Source: Dehalococcoidia bacterium
GTDB taxonomy: Bacteria; Chloroflexota; Dehalococcoidia; Lucifugimonadales; GCA-2712585
DNA length: 64,000 bases
NCBI GenBank assembly: GCA_965261665.1
Contig: OZ253467.1
Location: forward strand, 321,926 to 385,925
Reading direction: 5' to 3'
Below are positions 34,414 through 42,926 of this stretch, piece by piece (the stretch's first letter is position 1; the number at the start of each line of letters is the position of its first letter). The notes beneath the pieces are model-generated. The model was not told where the DNA came from and did no database searches. It saw only the letters and a program-made list of their open reading frames with translations. The translations under genes were made by a program, and so were the position numbers.

Positions 34414-35901
34414 GTGACCATCTTGCCGAACTTTATTGCCGCCTTCCTTTCAGCACTGACTGGCAAAGGCATCAAGGCCGCAGGGCTACAAGCTCAGCAA
34501 CTAATCGAGGAGGCCGAAGAGCAGAAGCGCAAACTCTTACTTGAAGGGCGAGAAGCTGCCTTGAAACTCCGGTCCGGCGCTGAAGAGGAAGTCAAAGAGA
34601 GACGCCGGGATCTGCGCACGCAGGAGAAGCGCCACCGGCGCAGGGAAGAGAACCTGGAGAACCGGACTCAAACCCTTGACAAGCGCGAATCCGGCATTGA
34701 ATCCAAAGAAGCGGGCGTTGAAGAGACCAAAACCCGCCTTGAAGAACTTAAACAGGAGCAGATTGAACAGCTAGAAAGGATTGCCGGCCTATCTTCCGCC
34801 GAGGCCCGCGACGTGGTTCTGAATCGCGCAGAGCAGGAGATGAGCCACGACCTGGCCAAGCGCTACTACGAGTTAGAGCGCCAGATGCGGGAGCGGGTGG
34901 ACGACGAGGCCCGGAAGGTAATAACCCTGGCTATTCAACGGCTGGCCTCGGACGTGGTTTCCGAGAGGAGCACGTCCCGCGTGTCCCTACCCAGCGACGG
35001 GATGAAGGGCCGCCTCATCGGCCGTGAAGGCCGAAACATTCGCGCCATGGAAGCAGCCATGGGCGTGGACATTCTCATAGACGACACGCCGGAGATGATT
35101 ACCATCTCCTGCTTCGATCCCATCCGTCGGGAGATTGCTCGTATCGCGCTTGAGAAGCTGATTCAGGACGGTCGCATCCACCCCAGCCGGATAGAGGACA
35201 TAGTCCGCAAGTCCCAGGTCGAGGTGGAGGAGACCATCCACAAATCGGGGGAGGAAGCAACCTTCGAAGCCAACGTGATGGGCCTCAACCCGGACCTGCA
35301 GAAGCTCCTGGGCCGGTTGAAGTACCGGTACAGCTACGGCGAGAACATCCTCCAGCATTCGGTAGAGGTCTCCCTTTTGGCGGGCATGATTGCCTCCGAG
35401 ATGGGCGCAAACATTGAAGTCGCGAAGGCCGGAGGGCTGCTCCACGACATCGGCAAGGCCATGACTCACGAGGTGGAGGGCAGCCACGTGGACATAGGTG
35501 ACGACATCGCGGAGAAGTACGGCATTGATGCCGAGGTGCGCAGGGCCATCGTGGAGCATCACGAAGACGACCGAGGCTCCGTTGAGGCCCTCATCGTCGC
35601 CGCCGCCGACGCTATCAGCGCGGCCCGACCCGGCGCCCGCAAGGAGAGCCTGGAGCAGTATATTCAGCGCTTGGAGGCCCTGGAGGGCGTTGCGACCAGC
35701 TTTGACGGAGTGCAGAAGGCCTACGCCATTCAGGCGGGTCGAGAGGTGCGGATAATCGTCAGGCCGGAGCACATCGACGACTTCGAGGCCGCCGTCCTCG
35801 CCCGGGACGTAGCCAAGAAGGTGGAGGATGAGCTGATCTACCCCGGTCAGATAAAGGTGACCGTGGTGCGGGAAACCCGCAACGTGGAGATTGCCCACTA
35901 G
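34414..35901 (+). CDS. rny: Ribonuclease Y
   Basis: N-terminal anchor and coiled coil, KH domain (LIGREGRNIRAMEAAMGVDILIDD) and HD domain (GLLHDIGKA..HH). Confidence 0.92.
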   Translation: MTILPNFIAAFLSALTGKGIKAAGLQAQQLIEEAEEQKRKLLLEGREAALKLRSGAEEEVKERRRDLRTQEKRHRRREENLENRTQTLDKRESGIESKEAGVEETKTRLEELKQEQIEQLERIAGLSSAEARDVVLNRAEQEMSHDLAKRYYELERQMRERVDDEARKVITLAIQRLASDVVSERSTSRVSLPSDGMKGRLIGREGRNIRAMEAAMGVDILIDDTPEMITISCFDPIRREIARIALEKLIQDGRIHPSRIEDIVRKSQVEVEETIHKSGEEATFEANVMGLNPDLQKLLGRLKYRYSYGENILQHSVEVSLLAGMIASEMGANIEVAKAGGLLHDIGKAMTHEVEGSHVDIGDDIAEKYGIDAEVRRAIVEHHEDDRGSVEALIVAAADAISAARPGARKESLEQYIQRLEALEGVATSFDGVQKAYAIQAGREVRIIVRPEHIDDFEAAVLARDVAKKVEDELIYPGQIKVTVVRETRNVEIAH

Positions 35902-36008
35902 CTCCCTCGAGGCGCTGGGCCCGAACCCCCATGACCTACGCAGACCCCATAATCCGTAGGCGGAGCGTATCCGCGCCCAGCGCAGTCGAAAGAGGCGGGT
36001 AGACCCTC

Positions 36009-36779
36009 GTGCGCATCCTGATGATTGGCGACGTTATAGGCAGCCCCGGCCGCAAGGCCGTCCAACGGTTGCTGCCCTCCCTCCGTCGCGAGTACAGGCT
36101 GAACCTGGTGGTGTGCAACGGGGAGAACGCCGCCGGGGGCTTAGGCATAACCTACGACACCGCCCAGGATCTCCTCCGGGCCGGTGTGGACATTTTGACT
36201 ACCGGCAACCACATCTGGCGAAAGAAGGAAATTATCCCGCATCTACAGGAAGACCTGCCCATCGTCCGGCCCTCCAACTTTCCTCCCGGCGTACCCGGCA
36301 GGGGCCACCTGAGGCTGGGCAACGTGGTAACGCTGAACCTGATGGGCCGGGTATTCATGGAACCCCTAGACTGCCCCTTCCGCGAGGCGGAACGGGTTCT
36401 TGCGGAAGTGGGGGGCCCGCCGGACACCATTGTGCTGGTGGACTTTCACGCCGAAGCCACGTCCGAGAAGCAGGCCCTGGGCTGGTTTCTGGACGGAAGG
36501 GTGAGCGCCGTAGTGGGGACGCATACCCACGTGCCCACGGCAGACCACCGCATAATGCCGGAAGGAACGGCCTACGTCTCCGACCTGGGAATGGTAGGCC
36601 CCGTCAACTCAGTTATCGGCTCCGACCCCAACGCCGTGCTAGAGAAGTTCCTCACACAGACCCCACAGCGGTTCTCCGTGGCGAAAGGCCCGGTCACCTT
36701 CAACTCTGTTCTTGTAGATATTGACGATGAGACGGGCCAGGCTTCGTCTATCCAACGAGTGGACCGGTTAGTGGATTAA
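36009..36779 (+). CDS. ymdB: YmdB-like metallophosphoesterase (TIGR00282 family)
   Basis: RILMIGDVIGSPGRKAV, NGENAAGG and DFHAEATSEK motifs. Conserved rny-ymdB synteny. Confidence 0.85.
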   Translation: MRILMIGDVIGSPGRKAVQRLLPSLRREYRLNLVVCNGENAAGGLGITYDTAQDLLRAGVDILTTGNHIWRKKEIIPHLQEDLPIVRPSNFPPGVPGRGHLRLGNVVTLNLMGRVFMEPLDCPFREAERVLAEVGGPPDTIVLVDFHAEATSEKQALGWFLDGRVSAVVGTHTHVPTADHRIMPEGTAYVSDLGMVGPVNSVIGSDPNAVLEKFLTQTPQRFSVAKGPVTFNSVLVDIDDETGQASSIQRVDRLVD

Positions 36780-36871
36780 AGAAAGGGCATGGCGTCTATT
36801 GACCTGCACACTTATATCACCGCCTCCATTGGTCGGCTTCCGCCGACGGAGCCGGTAGACCGGCTGATGGA

Positions 36872-37732
36872 GTGAACGTCTTGGCAACTGTCGACCTTCA
36901 TCTACATACCACGGCCTCCGACGGCCGATTGTCGCCGACGGAGCTGGTGAACCTGCTGGGCGAACGTGGGCTGCGAATTGCCGCAATCACCGACCACGAC
37001 TCCACGGAAGGGCTGACGGAAGCCTACGAGGCAAAGGCCCGGTTTCCCCATCTATCTCTGATACCGGGTATTGAGCTAAGCACCGAGGCGGGCGACTCGG
37101 AGATCCACGTCCTTGGCTATTTCCTCAACTGGCAGGACCAGGAGTTTCAGCGCGTGTTGTCGGGGTTCCGGAAGGGAAGGGTCGGCAGGGGACAGGCCAT
37201 GGTCGAGAGGCTGGGAGAGTTGGGCCTGCCGGTGGAATGGGAACGGGTGCTGCACTTCGCCGGAGACGGCGCCGTTGGGCGGCCCCACATTGCCCTGGCC
37301 ATGGTAGAACGGGGATACGTGCCCGGTGTGCGGGAGGCTTTTGATCTTTACCTGGGACGACACGGCCCCGCCTACGTGGACCGGCAGAAGCTCAGCCCTG
37401 AGGACGCCGTTGGCATCATCCGGGGCGTGGGGGGGGCCGCCGTGTTGGCCCATCCTTCTTACGTAAACAATCTGGAAGGGCACCTAAGCCGGATGAAGCA
37501 GGCGGGACTTGCGGGCATGGAGGTCTACTACAGCAATTACTCTCCCACGCTAGTGAAACAGCTGAGGGAGACGGCCCGCAGCTTTGATCTGCTTCCCTGT
37601 GGGGGCAGCGACTATCACGCCCTTGGCCAAGACGACGAAACACTACCGGGTTTCGCCGGACCATCGGAAGACGTGGTGGAGGCACTGCGGGCCCACAGTA
37701 CCCGCGGGTCCGCCAAGCCAACGGGGGATTAG
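36872..37732 (+). CDS. PHP-domain phosphoesterase (TrpH/YciV-like)
   Basis: DLHLHTTASDG, AITDHDS and AHP motifs. Confidence 0.8.
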   Translation: MNVLATVDLHLHTTASDGRLSPTELVNLLGERGLRIAAITDHDSTEGLTEAYEAKARFPHLSLIPGIELSTEAGDSEIHVLGYFLNWQDQEFQRVLSGFRKGRVGRGQAMVERLGELGLPVEWERVLHFAGDGAVGRPHIALAMVERGYVPGVREAFDLYLGRHGPAYVDRQKLSPEDAVGIIRGVGGAAVLAHPSYVNNLEGHLSRMKQAGLAGMEVYYSNYSPTLVKQLRETARSFDLLPCGGSDYHALGQDDETLPGFAGPSEDVVEALRAHSTRGSAKPTGD

Positions 37733-37753
37733 GGGCGACAAAGGCCCTGCGCC

Positions 37754-38488
37754 GTGGAACTGGCCCTTCTCTTCGTCTATTCCTACCTAGTGGGTTCCGT
37801 GCCCACCGCTTATATTATTGGCCGCCTGGTCAAGGGCATCGACATACGGGAGTACGGCAGCGGCAACGTGGGCGGATCCAACGTCTTCCAGCACGTGGGA
37901 CGGCGATGGATAGTACCCCTTGGCGTCTTCGAGGTCTTCGTCAAGGGAGCGTCCCCAATTTGGTTGGGAATAGTGCTGTTGGACGCTTCGGTGGAGGGCC
38001 CTACCGGCTCTTGGGCCACCAATTTCCTCCTGGGATTCGACCGCAGCTCGCCCGCTCTGGCCATCGCCAGTCTTCTATCCATCGCCGGCCATAACTGGCC
38101 CATTTTCCTCAAGTTCCAAGGGGGGCGGGGAGTGAGCACGGCGGCAGGAGGACTCTTCGCTATGGCCTTCTACCAGCTATGGATATTCATCGCCGTGGCG
38201 TTGCCGGGCCTCTTCCTTCGCCGGTCCGCCGTCCTGGTATTGATTTCATTCTTGTTGCTGCCTCTCTGGACCTTTCTTCTGGGCCAATCTCTCGTGGTGG
38301 TCTGGTACTGCTTCGGGATTGTTGGGATAATTGTGCTGAGGCGTCTGACGGCCAACGGCAAGCCCCAGGTCCCCGGCTATTCGACGACCAAAGTGCTGTT
38401 CAACCGTCTAGTAAGAGATCGGGACGTGGACAGCCGGGACGAGTGGGTTAACCGGGAGCCAATTTCTGCCGACGAGCCCGGAGGCTGA
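37754..38488 (+). CDS. plsY: Glycerol-3-phosphate acyltransferase PlsY (with C-terminal extension)
   Basis: YLVGSVPTAYIIGRL..DIREYGSGNVGGSNV and GGRGVSTAAG motifs. Confidence 0.85.
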   Translation: MELALLFVYSYLVGSVPTAYIIGRLVKGIDIREYGSGNVGGSNVFQHVGRRWIVPLGVFEVFVKGASPIWLGIVLLDASVEGPTGSWATNFLLGFDRSSPALAIASLLSIAGHNWPIFLKFQGGRGVSTAAGGLFAMAFYQLWIFIAVALPGLFLRRSAVLVLISFLLLPLWTFLLGQSLVVVWYCFGIVGIIVLRRLTANGKPQVPGYSTTKVLFNRLVRDRDVDSRDEWVNREPISADEPGG

Positions 38489-38495
38489 GGAAGAT

Positions 38496-39017
38496 ATGGA
38501 ATACCAGGAAGCGGTGAACTACTGCGCTACGCATACCAACGTGGAGACGGGGTTGGCCTGCGGGAGGTGCGAGCGGTTTATCTGCCCTCGTTGTATGATC
38601 CAGACACCGGTGGGGAGCAGGTGTGGCGATTGCGCGCGGGTCCGCAAATCTCCAGTGTTCGACGTGACCGCAAAGCAGTACCTGATGGCCTCCGTTGCAG
38701 CGGTGGGGCTGGGTACCGTTCTGGGAGTGGTGGGGGCCCTGCTGCGTATAGAAATTGGCTGGTTTCTTTTTCTGACCGGGATCCTTGCTGCGGGCATTGG
38801 TTACCTGGTGGGGGAGGCTGTGAGTGTTGCCGCAAATCGCAAGAGGGGACAGGGTCTGGCCTTGATAGCGGCTTCCGGGGTGGTGATAGCATTCGCAGCA
38901 GCTACGATAACGACCCTAGCCCAGCCCGAAGCGTACAGATACGACCTTTTCAACATTGTGACCGCCGTGCTATTGCTGGCGTTGGCCGTGTACATCTCCG
39001 TCGGCCGGGTCAGGTAG
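38496..39017 (+). CDS. Zinc-ribbon (B-box-like) membrane protein
   Basis: CGRCERFICPRCMIQTPVGSRCGDCAR followed by three or four TM helices. Confidence 0.6.
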   Translation: MEYQEAVNYCATHTNVETGLACGRCERFICPRCMIQTPVGSRCGDCARVRKSPVFDVTAKQYLMASVAAVGLGTVLGVVGALLRIEIGWFLFLTGILAAGIGYLVGEAVSVAANRKRGQGLALIAASGVVIAFAAATITTLAQPEAYRYDLFNIVTAVLLLALAVYISVGRVR

Positions 39018-39066
39018 TTCCGAGTCTATTTAGGTCACCGTCACAGGAAGACGATGATGACGTGAC

Positions 39067-39590
39067 ATGCTAAAACGTCCGAACGGAAGGGAATGCTCAA
39101 TCCATCGTGGGTGTAGAACTACGCTTGAGTGCGTTCGCTGCGGCGAGTTGGACTGCTCTCGGTGCATGGTTCAAACGCCGAAGGGGAGCCGATGCAGGTA
39201 TTGTGCGCGGAGGCTCAAGCCTCTCGCATTCGAAGCGAACATCAAGCAGTATCTGGCGGCGTACGCTGCGACGATGGGACTGGGCGGTGTTCTAGGGGCA
39301 GTTTTCGTCGTGACAAACTATACAGATTCGCCTGGATACCCTTCCTAGTCGTTATCCTGACGGCCGGTATAGGTTGCCTCGTGGGCAACGCGGTTAGCCT
39401 CGCCACCAATGGCAAGCGGGGGCGGGGGCTATCTATGGTGGCGACATCCGGAGTGGTCATGGCCTATGCCGCGGCCACGGCAGTCGCTCTCTTCCGTCCC
39501 GGAGCGGAGAGATACAACTACCTCGACGCGGGATTCGCCCTGTTATTCCTAACCCTGTCCCTCTACATCGCCGTCAGCCGGTTCAAATAG
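39067..39590 (+). pseudogene. Frameshifted paralog of 38496..39017
   Basis: ORF 39067..39348 carries the Zn ribbon (CVRCGELDCSRCMVQTPKGSRCRYCAR). The TM part (RFAWIPFLVVILTAGIGCLVGNAVS..) continues in the frame of ORF 39129..39590. The switch lies around 39310-39330. Confidence 0.6.
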
Positions 39591-40139
39591 CCCGCGAGTC
39601 CTACCAGCCAAGCCCGCATCGGACTCTGGCGCGTCGGAAGCCTCCGCCCACAGGCGTTCCGTGGTGTCGGCGCAGATTCGGTAGTTGAAGCCGCGCCGGC
39701 GCAGGTAACCCATCATCCTGGTGAAGAACGCCCTCCTGTCCAGCGCCGACAACCTTCGCAGATATTTGGCGCCAACCTGTCGCGCCATGGCATCTTCGTC
39801 CAATCCCTCCAATGCCTCTTCCGCTGCCTGTCCCTTCACGCCGCGCTGGGCCAACTCCTGGCGGAGCATGAACTTGGAGCGGGGGGAGTGACGTTCTCGA
39901 CTATCCCGCCAGGCCCTTGCGAAGGCCGCATCGTCCAGGAGGCGGGATTCCTTTAGACGGACCACGGTTTCTTCAACCAACGACGGAGGGAAATCTTTGC
40001 TGAGGCGCCGGCGAATCTCCGCCTCGCTGCGGGAGCGGTACGAGAGGAAGCGAAGGGCAACGTCCAGGGGTTTCTTGGGAGCCTTGGGCCGCTTCGCAGA
40101 CGGCCTGCGGCCTCTCTGAGTGGGGGGAATGTCTATCAG
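39549..40139 (-). CDS. recX: Regulatory protein RecX (non-canonical start likely)
   Basis: Conserved RecX helices extend upstream of the first ATG/GTG/TTG (39980). Hand translation of the same frame gives ..[36 protein letters not shown]... The only start-like codons there are CTG 40139 (overlapping the recA stop as CTGA), ATA and ATT. Confidence 0.7.
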   Translation of the reverse strand: MIDIPPTQRGRRPSAKRPKAPKKPLDVALRFLSYRSRSEAEIRRRLSKDFPPSLVEETVVRLKESRLLDDAAFARAWRDSRERHSPRSKFMLRQELAQRGVKGQAAEEALEGLDEDAMARQVGAKYLRRLSALDRRAFFTRMMGYLRRRGFNYRICADTTERLWAEASDAPESDAGLAGRTRGLFEPADGDVEGQG

Positions 40140-41173
40140 TCGGCCGCCGCAGTCGCCGCGGGCTCAGGCTCAGGCACAGGATCAGGCTCCGTCTTCTCTC
40201 CCCGGATGAGCGCCTCAATCTCCTGGGCCATTGCGCTGTTTTCCTGCAGAAACTGCTTTGCGTTCTCCCGCCCCTGACCAAGACGCGTCTCGCCGTAGGA
40301 GTAGAAGGAGCCTCGCTTCTGGATGATGTCCTTGTCGGCCCCCAACTCCAGGAGATCTCCGGTCCAGCTGATGCCCTTGCCGTACATGATGTCGAATTCC
40401 GCGACCCTGAAGGGGGGCGCTACCTTGTTCTTGACCACACGGGCGCGAACGCGGCTGCCGACCATTTCGGTCCCTTTCTTGATGGCCTCCACCCGTCGAA
40501 GGTCTATGCGAACGGAGCTATAGAACTTCAGCGCCCTACCGCCGGGAGTGACTTCCGGACTGCCGAACATGACGCCGACCTTCTCGCGAAGCTGGTTGAT
40601 AAAGACGACGGCGGTGTTGGAGCGGTTGATGGCGGAGGTGAGCTTTCGCAGAGCCTGGGACATGAGCCGGGCCTGCAATCCCACATGGGTATCCCCCATG
40701 TCGCCCTCGATTTCGGAGCGCGGCACCAGGGCGGCTACGCTGTCCAGCACAACCACCTGCACAGCGCCGCTGCGCACCAGGTATTCGGTAATCTCAAGGG
40801 CCTGTTCCGCGTCGTCGGGCTGGGACACCAGAAGGGCATCCACGTCCACGCCGCAGTTTTTGGCGTAGATTGGGTCCATGGCGTGTTCAACGTCGATGTA
40901 GGCGGCAATACCGCCCTTCTTCTGACTCTCAGCCATGATGTGGACAGCCAGAGTAGACTTTCCCGCAGCCTCTGCGCCATATATCTCCGTGACCCGCCCC
41001 TTGGGGATGCCGCCAATTCCGAGGGCCAGGTCCAGGGCCAGGGACCCCGTGGAGATTACCTCCGTCGGATGAATCTTGTCGGACGCTCCTAGCCGCATGA
41101 CGGCTCCGCGGCCGTAGTGCCGCTCTATCTGGCTAAGGGCTATCTCCAGGGCATTGTCCTTCTTTTTTGCCAT
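40136..41173 (-). CDS. recA: Recombinase RecA
   Basis: Motifs [29 protein letters not shown] and [28 protein letters not shown]. Confidence 0.98.
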   Translation of the reverse strand: MAKKKDNALEIALSQIERHYGRGAVMRLGASDKIHPTEVISTGSLALDLALGIGGIPKGRVTEIYGAEAAGKSTLAVHIMAESQKKGGIAAYIDVEHAMDPIYAKNCGVDVDALLVSQPDDAEQALEITEYLVRSGAVQVVVLDSVAALVPRSEIEGDMGDTHVGLQARLMSQALRKLTSAINRSNTAVVFINQLREKVGVMFGSPEVTPGGRALKFYSSVRIDLRRVEAIKKGTEMVGSRVRARVVKNKVAPPFRVAEFDIMYGKGISWTGDLLELGADKDIIQKRGSFYSYGETRLGQGRENAKQFLQENSAMAQEIEALIRGEKTEPDPVPEPEPAATAAAD

Positions 41174-41349
41174 ATCGTGCCTCCAGTCGGCGGAATACTA
41201 CCATATTACAATAAGAACGTCAATTCTGTAACCGGAATAGAGGAAATGCACTGCACGGGATCTGGCATAGGCCAGGCCGGATGGCATGATTGTGGCTAGA
41301 GGAAGAAGGGGGTGGCAACCCTGAGAGCGAAAGTTTAGGATAGACTTCT

Positions 41350-41850
41350 TCACCAGATCATTCGCCGAGACTTCGAGACAGATTCATATCCTTCATCTAA
41401 TGGGAGGCTATCCTCATTGGCTGCTTGCACTGCCAACTGATCGCATCGCTCGTTCTCAGGATCTCCAGAGTGGCCCCGCACCCAACGAAACTCAATCTCA
41501 TGCTTTTCACAAAGGTCCAAGAGAATCTTCCAAAGATCCGGATTGATAGCCTTTTCTCGCTTGTTTCGCTTCCAACCGTTGTCCCTCCAACGCCTAGCCC
41601 AGCCCTTTTGGATGCTATCTACCAAGTACCGAGAATCGCTGTGGAGGGTTACGCAGCAACTTTGATTGAGCGCTTCGATGGCCTTAATAGGTCCCATGAG
41701 TTCCATACGGTTGTTGGTGGTACGGCGATATCCTCCACTAAGTTCCCGGCGATGCTCCCCTAATTTCAACACTACGCCATAGCCGCCAGGACCGGGATTA
41801 CCAAGACACGAGCCATCAGTGTATATGGTAACTTGTTTCTTTGTTGCCAT
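41350..41850 (-). CDS. rnhA: Ribonuclease HI
   Basis: Motifs IYTDGSCLGNPGPGGYG, TNNRMEL, LHSDSRYL and GHSGDPENERCDQLA. All DEDD and His catalytic residues are present. Its ATG overlaps the upstream stop (TGATG). Confidence 0.9.
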   Translation of the reverse strand: MATKKQVTIYTDGSCLGNPGPGGYGVVLKLGEHRRELSGGYRRTTNNRMELMGPIKAIEALNQSCCVTLHSDSRYLVDSIQKGWARRWRDNGWKRNKREKAINPDLWKILLDLCEKHEIEFRWVRGHSGDPENERCDQLAVQAANEDSLPLDEGYESVSKSRRMIW

Positions 41851-42644
41851 CAGGCAGATGCTTTGGCTATCGAATCTGGACTAAGTTCAAATCCTGCTTC
41901 TCCAAGCCTTTGACAGAGCCGTGGCGCTGCTTCTTTGACATGGTTATTGAAGGGCAGGTAAATTATTCCGCTGGCGTCCGACGGAACATCTAGGTGACCT
42001 TTCTTGAGGATTGCAACCCGGGGTCTTCCAAATGCTGCTATCAACATACCCATTTCCATAACCACATTCTGCCTGGCTCGGGGTTCAGCATTTCCAAGAG
42101 TGTCTCCCAGCTTGTATCCCATATCATCAGGCGTAAGCAAGACGATTCCAAATCGCTTTGCTTCTGAGGGAGACATTATCTCACGTTCTAGAGCTTCTAT
42201 AATCGTCAGGCCTCCCCCACTGGTATTTCCGAGAACAAAAGGATCTAAACCCAAACGGTGGAGAACGAGTTCAAGCTGTTCGCAAGCAACTTTATCATGC
42301 CCATAAACGACAAATACCCTTTTGGATTCCTCATTTGGAGCTGGACCTGCCGAAGCAGAGCTTGGAGATGCGTCAGCAGAGGGTATTTCTGTTGCGATTG
42401 AATGGGGGACATCGCTAGATAGAGAGATATCTGCCAACGTCTTTTCGATCGCGTCCTGCAACTTAGCGCGGGCTGCTTTAGGTCCTTGAATCAGTATAGT
42501 TCCTGTGGAGGGCCACCAGTTAAAGATTGCGCCGTCTTCGCTCCGAAATACCCTCTTACCATTGTCTTCGGACCATCTACCTTTATGGCCCAACTTGTCT
42601 ACGATAGCTTTGATCTCGCTAACCTCTCCGCGAAATTTTTTCAT
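41850..42644 (-). CDS. TIR-like (Cap12/PycTIR-type, COG4271-like) domain protein with an unassigned N-terminal domain
   Basis: C-terminal half: RVFVVYGHD..LGLDPFVL..GGLTIIEALE..FGIVLLTPDD..PRARQNVVMEMGMLIAAFGRPRVAILKKG..DVPSDASGIIY. N-terminal ~75 aa ends in GAIFNWWPSTGTILIQGPKAA. The Cap12/PycTIR assignment is recalled, not searched. Confidence 0.7.
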   Translation of the reverse strand: MKKFRGEVSEIKAIVDKLGHKGRWSEDNGKRVFRSEDGAIFNWWPSTGTILIQGPKAARAKLQDAIEKTLADISLSSDVPHSIATEIPSADASPSSASAGPAPNEESKRVFVVYGHDKVACEQLELVLHRLGLDPFVLGNTSGGGLTIIEALEREIMSPSEAKRFGIVLLTPDDMGYKLGDTLGNAEPRARQNVVMEMGMLIAAFGRPRVAILKKGHLDVPSDASGIIYLPFNNHVKEAAPRLCQRLGEAGFELSPDSIAKASA

Positions 42645-42786
42645 GTAGCTTCCCTTTGGAAATTCATTTCAACAATAGCACGTTGACAAATCATTCCTTC
42701 TGATAATATTGCGCTTCACTTCGACTAGAATACAAAGATTAATAGCTAAACTCAACAAACAAATTAGTCCAGGATGCTTGTCAAAA

Positions 42787-42832
42787 CTGATGCATAGGGA
42801 CCCACAGCACTGATGCATAGGGACCCACAGCG
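42787..42832. repeat. 2 x 23-bp tandem direct repeat upstream of the TIR-like gene
   Basis: CTGATGCATAGGGACCCACAGC(A/G) occurs at 42787-42809 and 42810-42832. Each unit contains the ATGCAT palindrome. Confidence 0.85.
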
Positions 42833-42926
42833 TCGGTGAAAATTCCTGTCCTTGGGTTCTATTGATAGCGCATACTGATGGAGAAATGAGCGCTAGTCCT
42901 CAAGTCCCACCTGTGGATTGTGCGGC

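Noticed and set aside
34987-35898. 303-aa minus-strand ORF.
   Set aside because: It is antisense to rny, which has clear KH and HD motifs.
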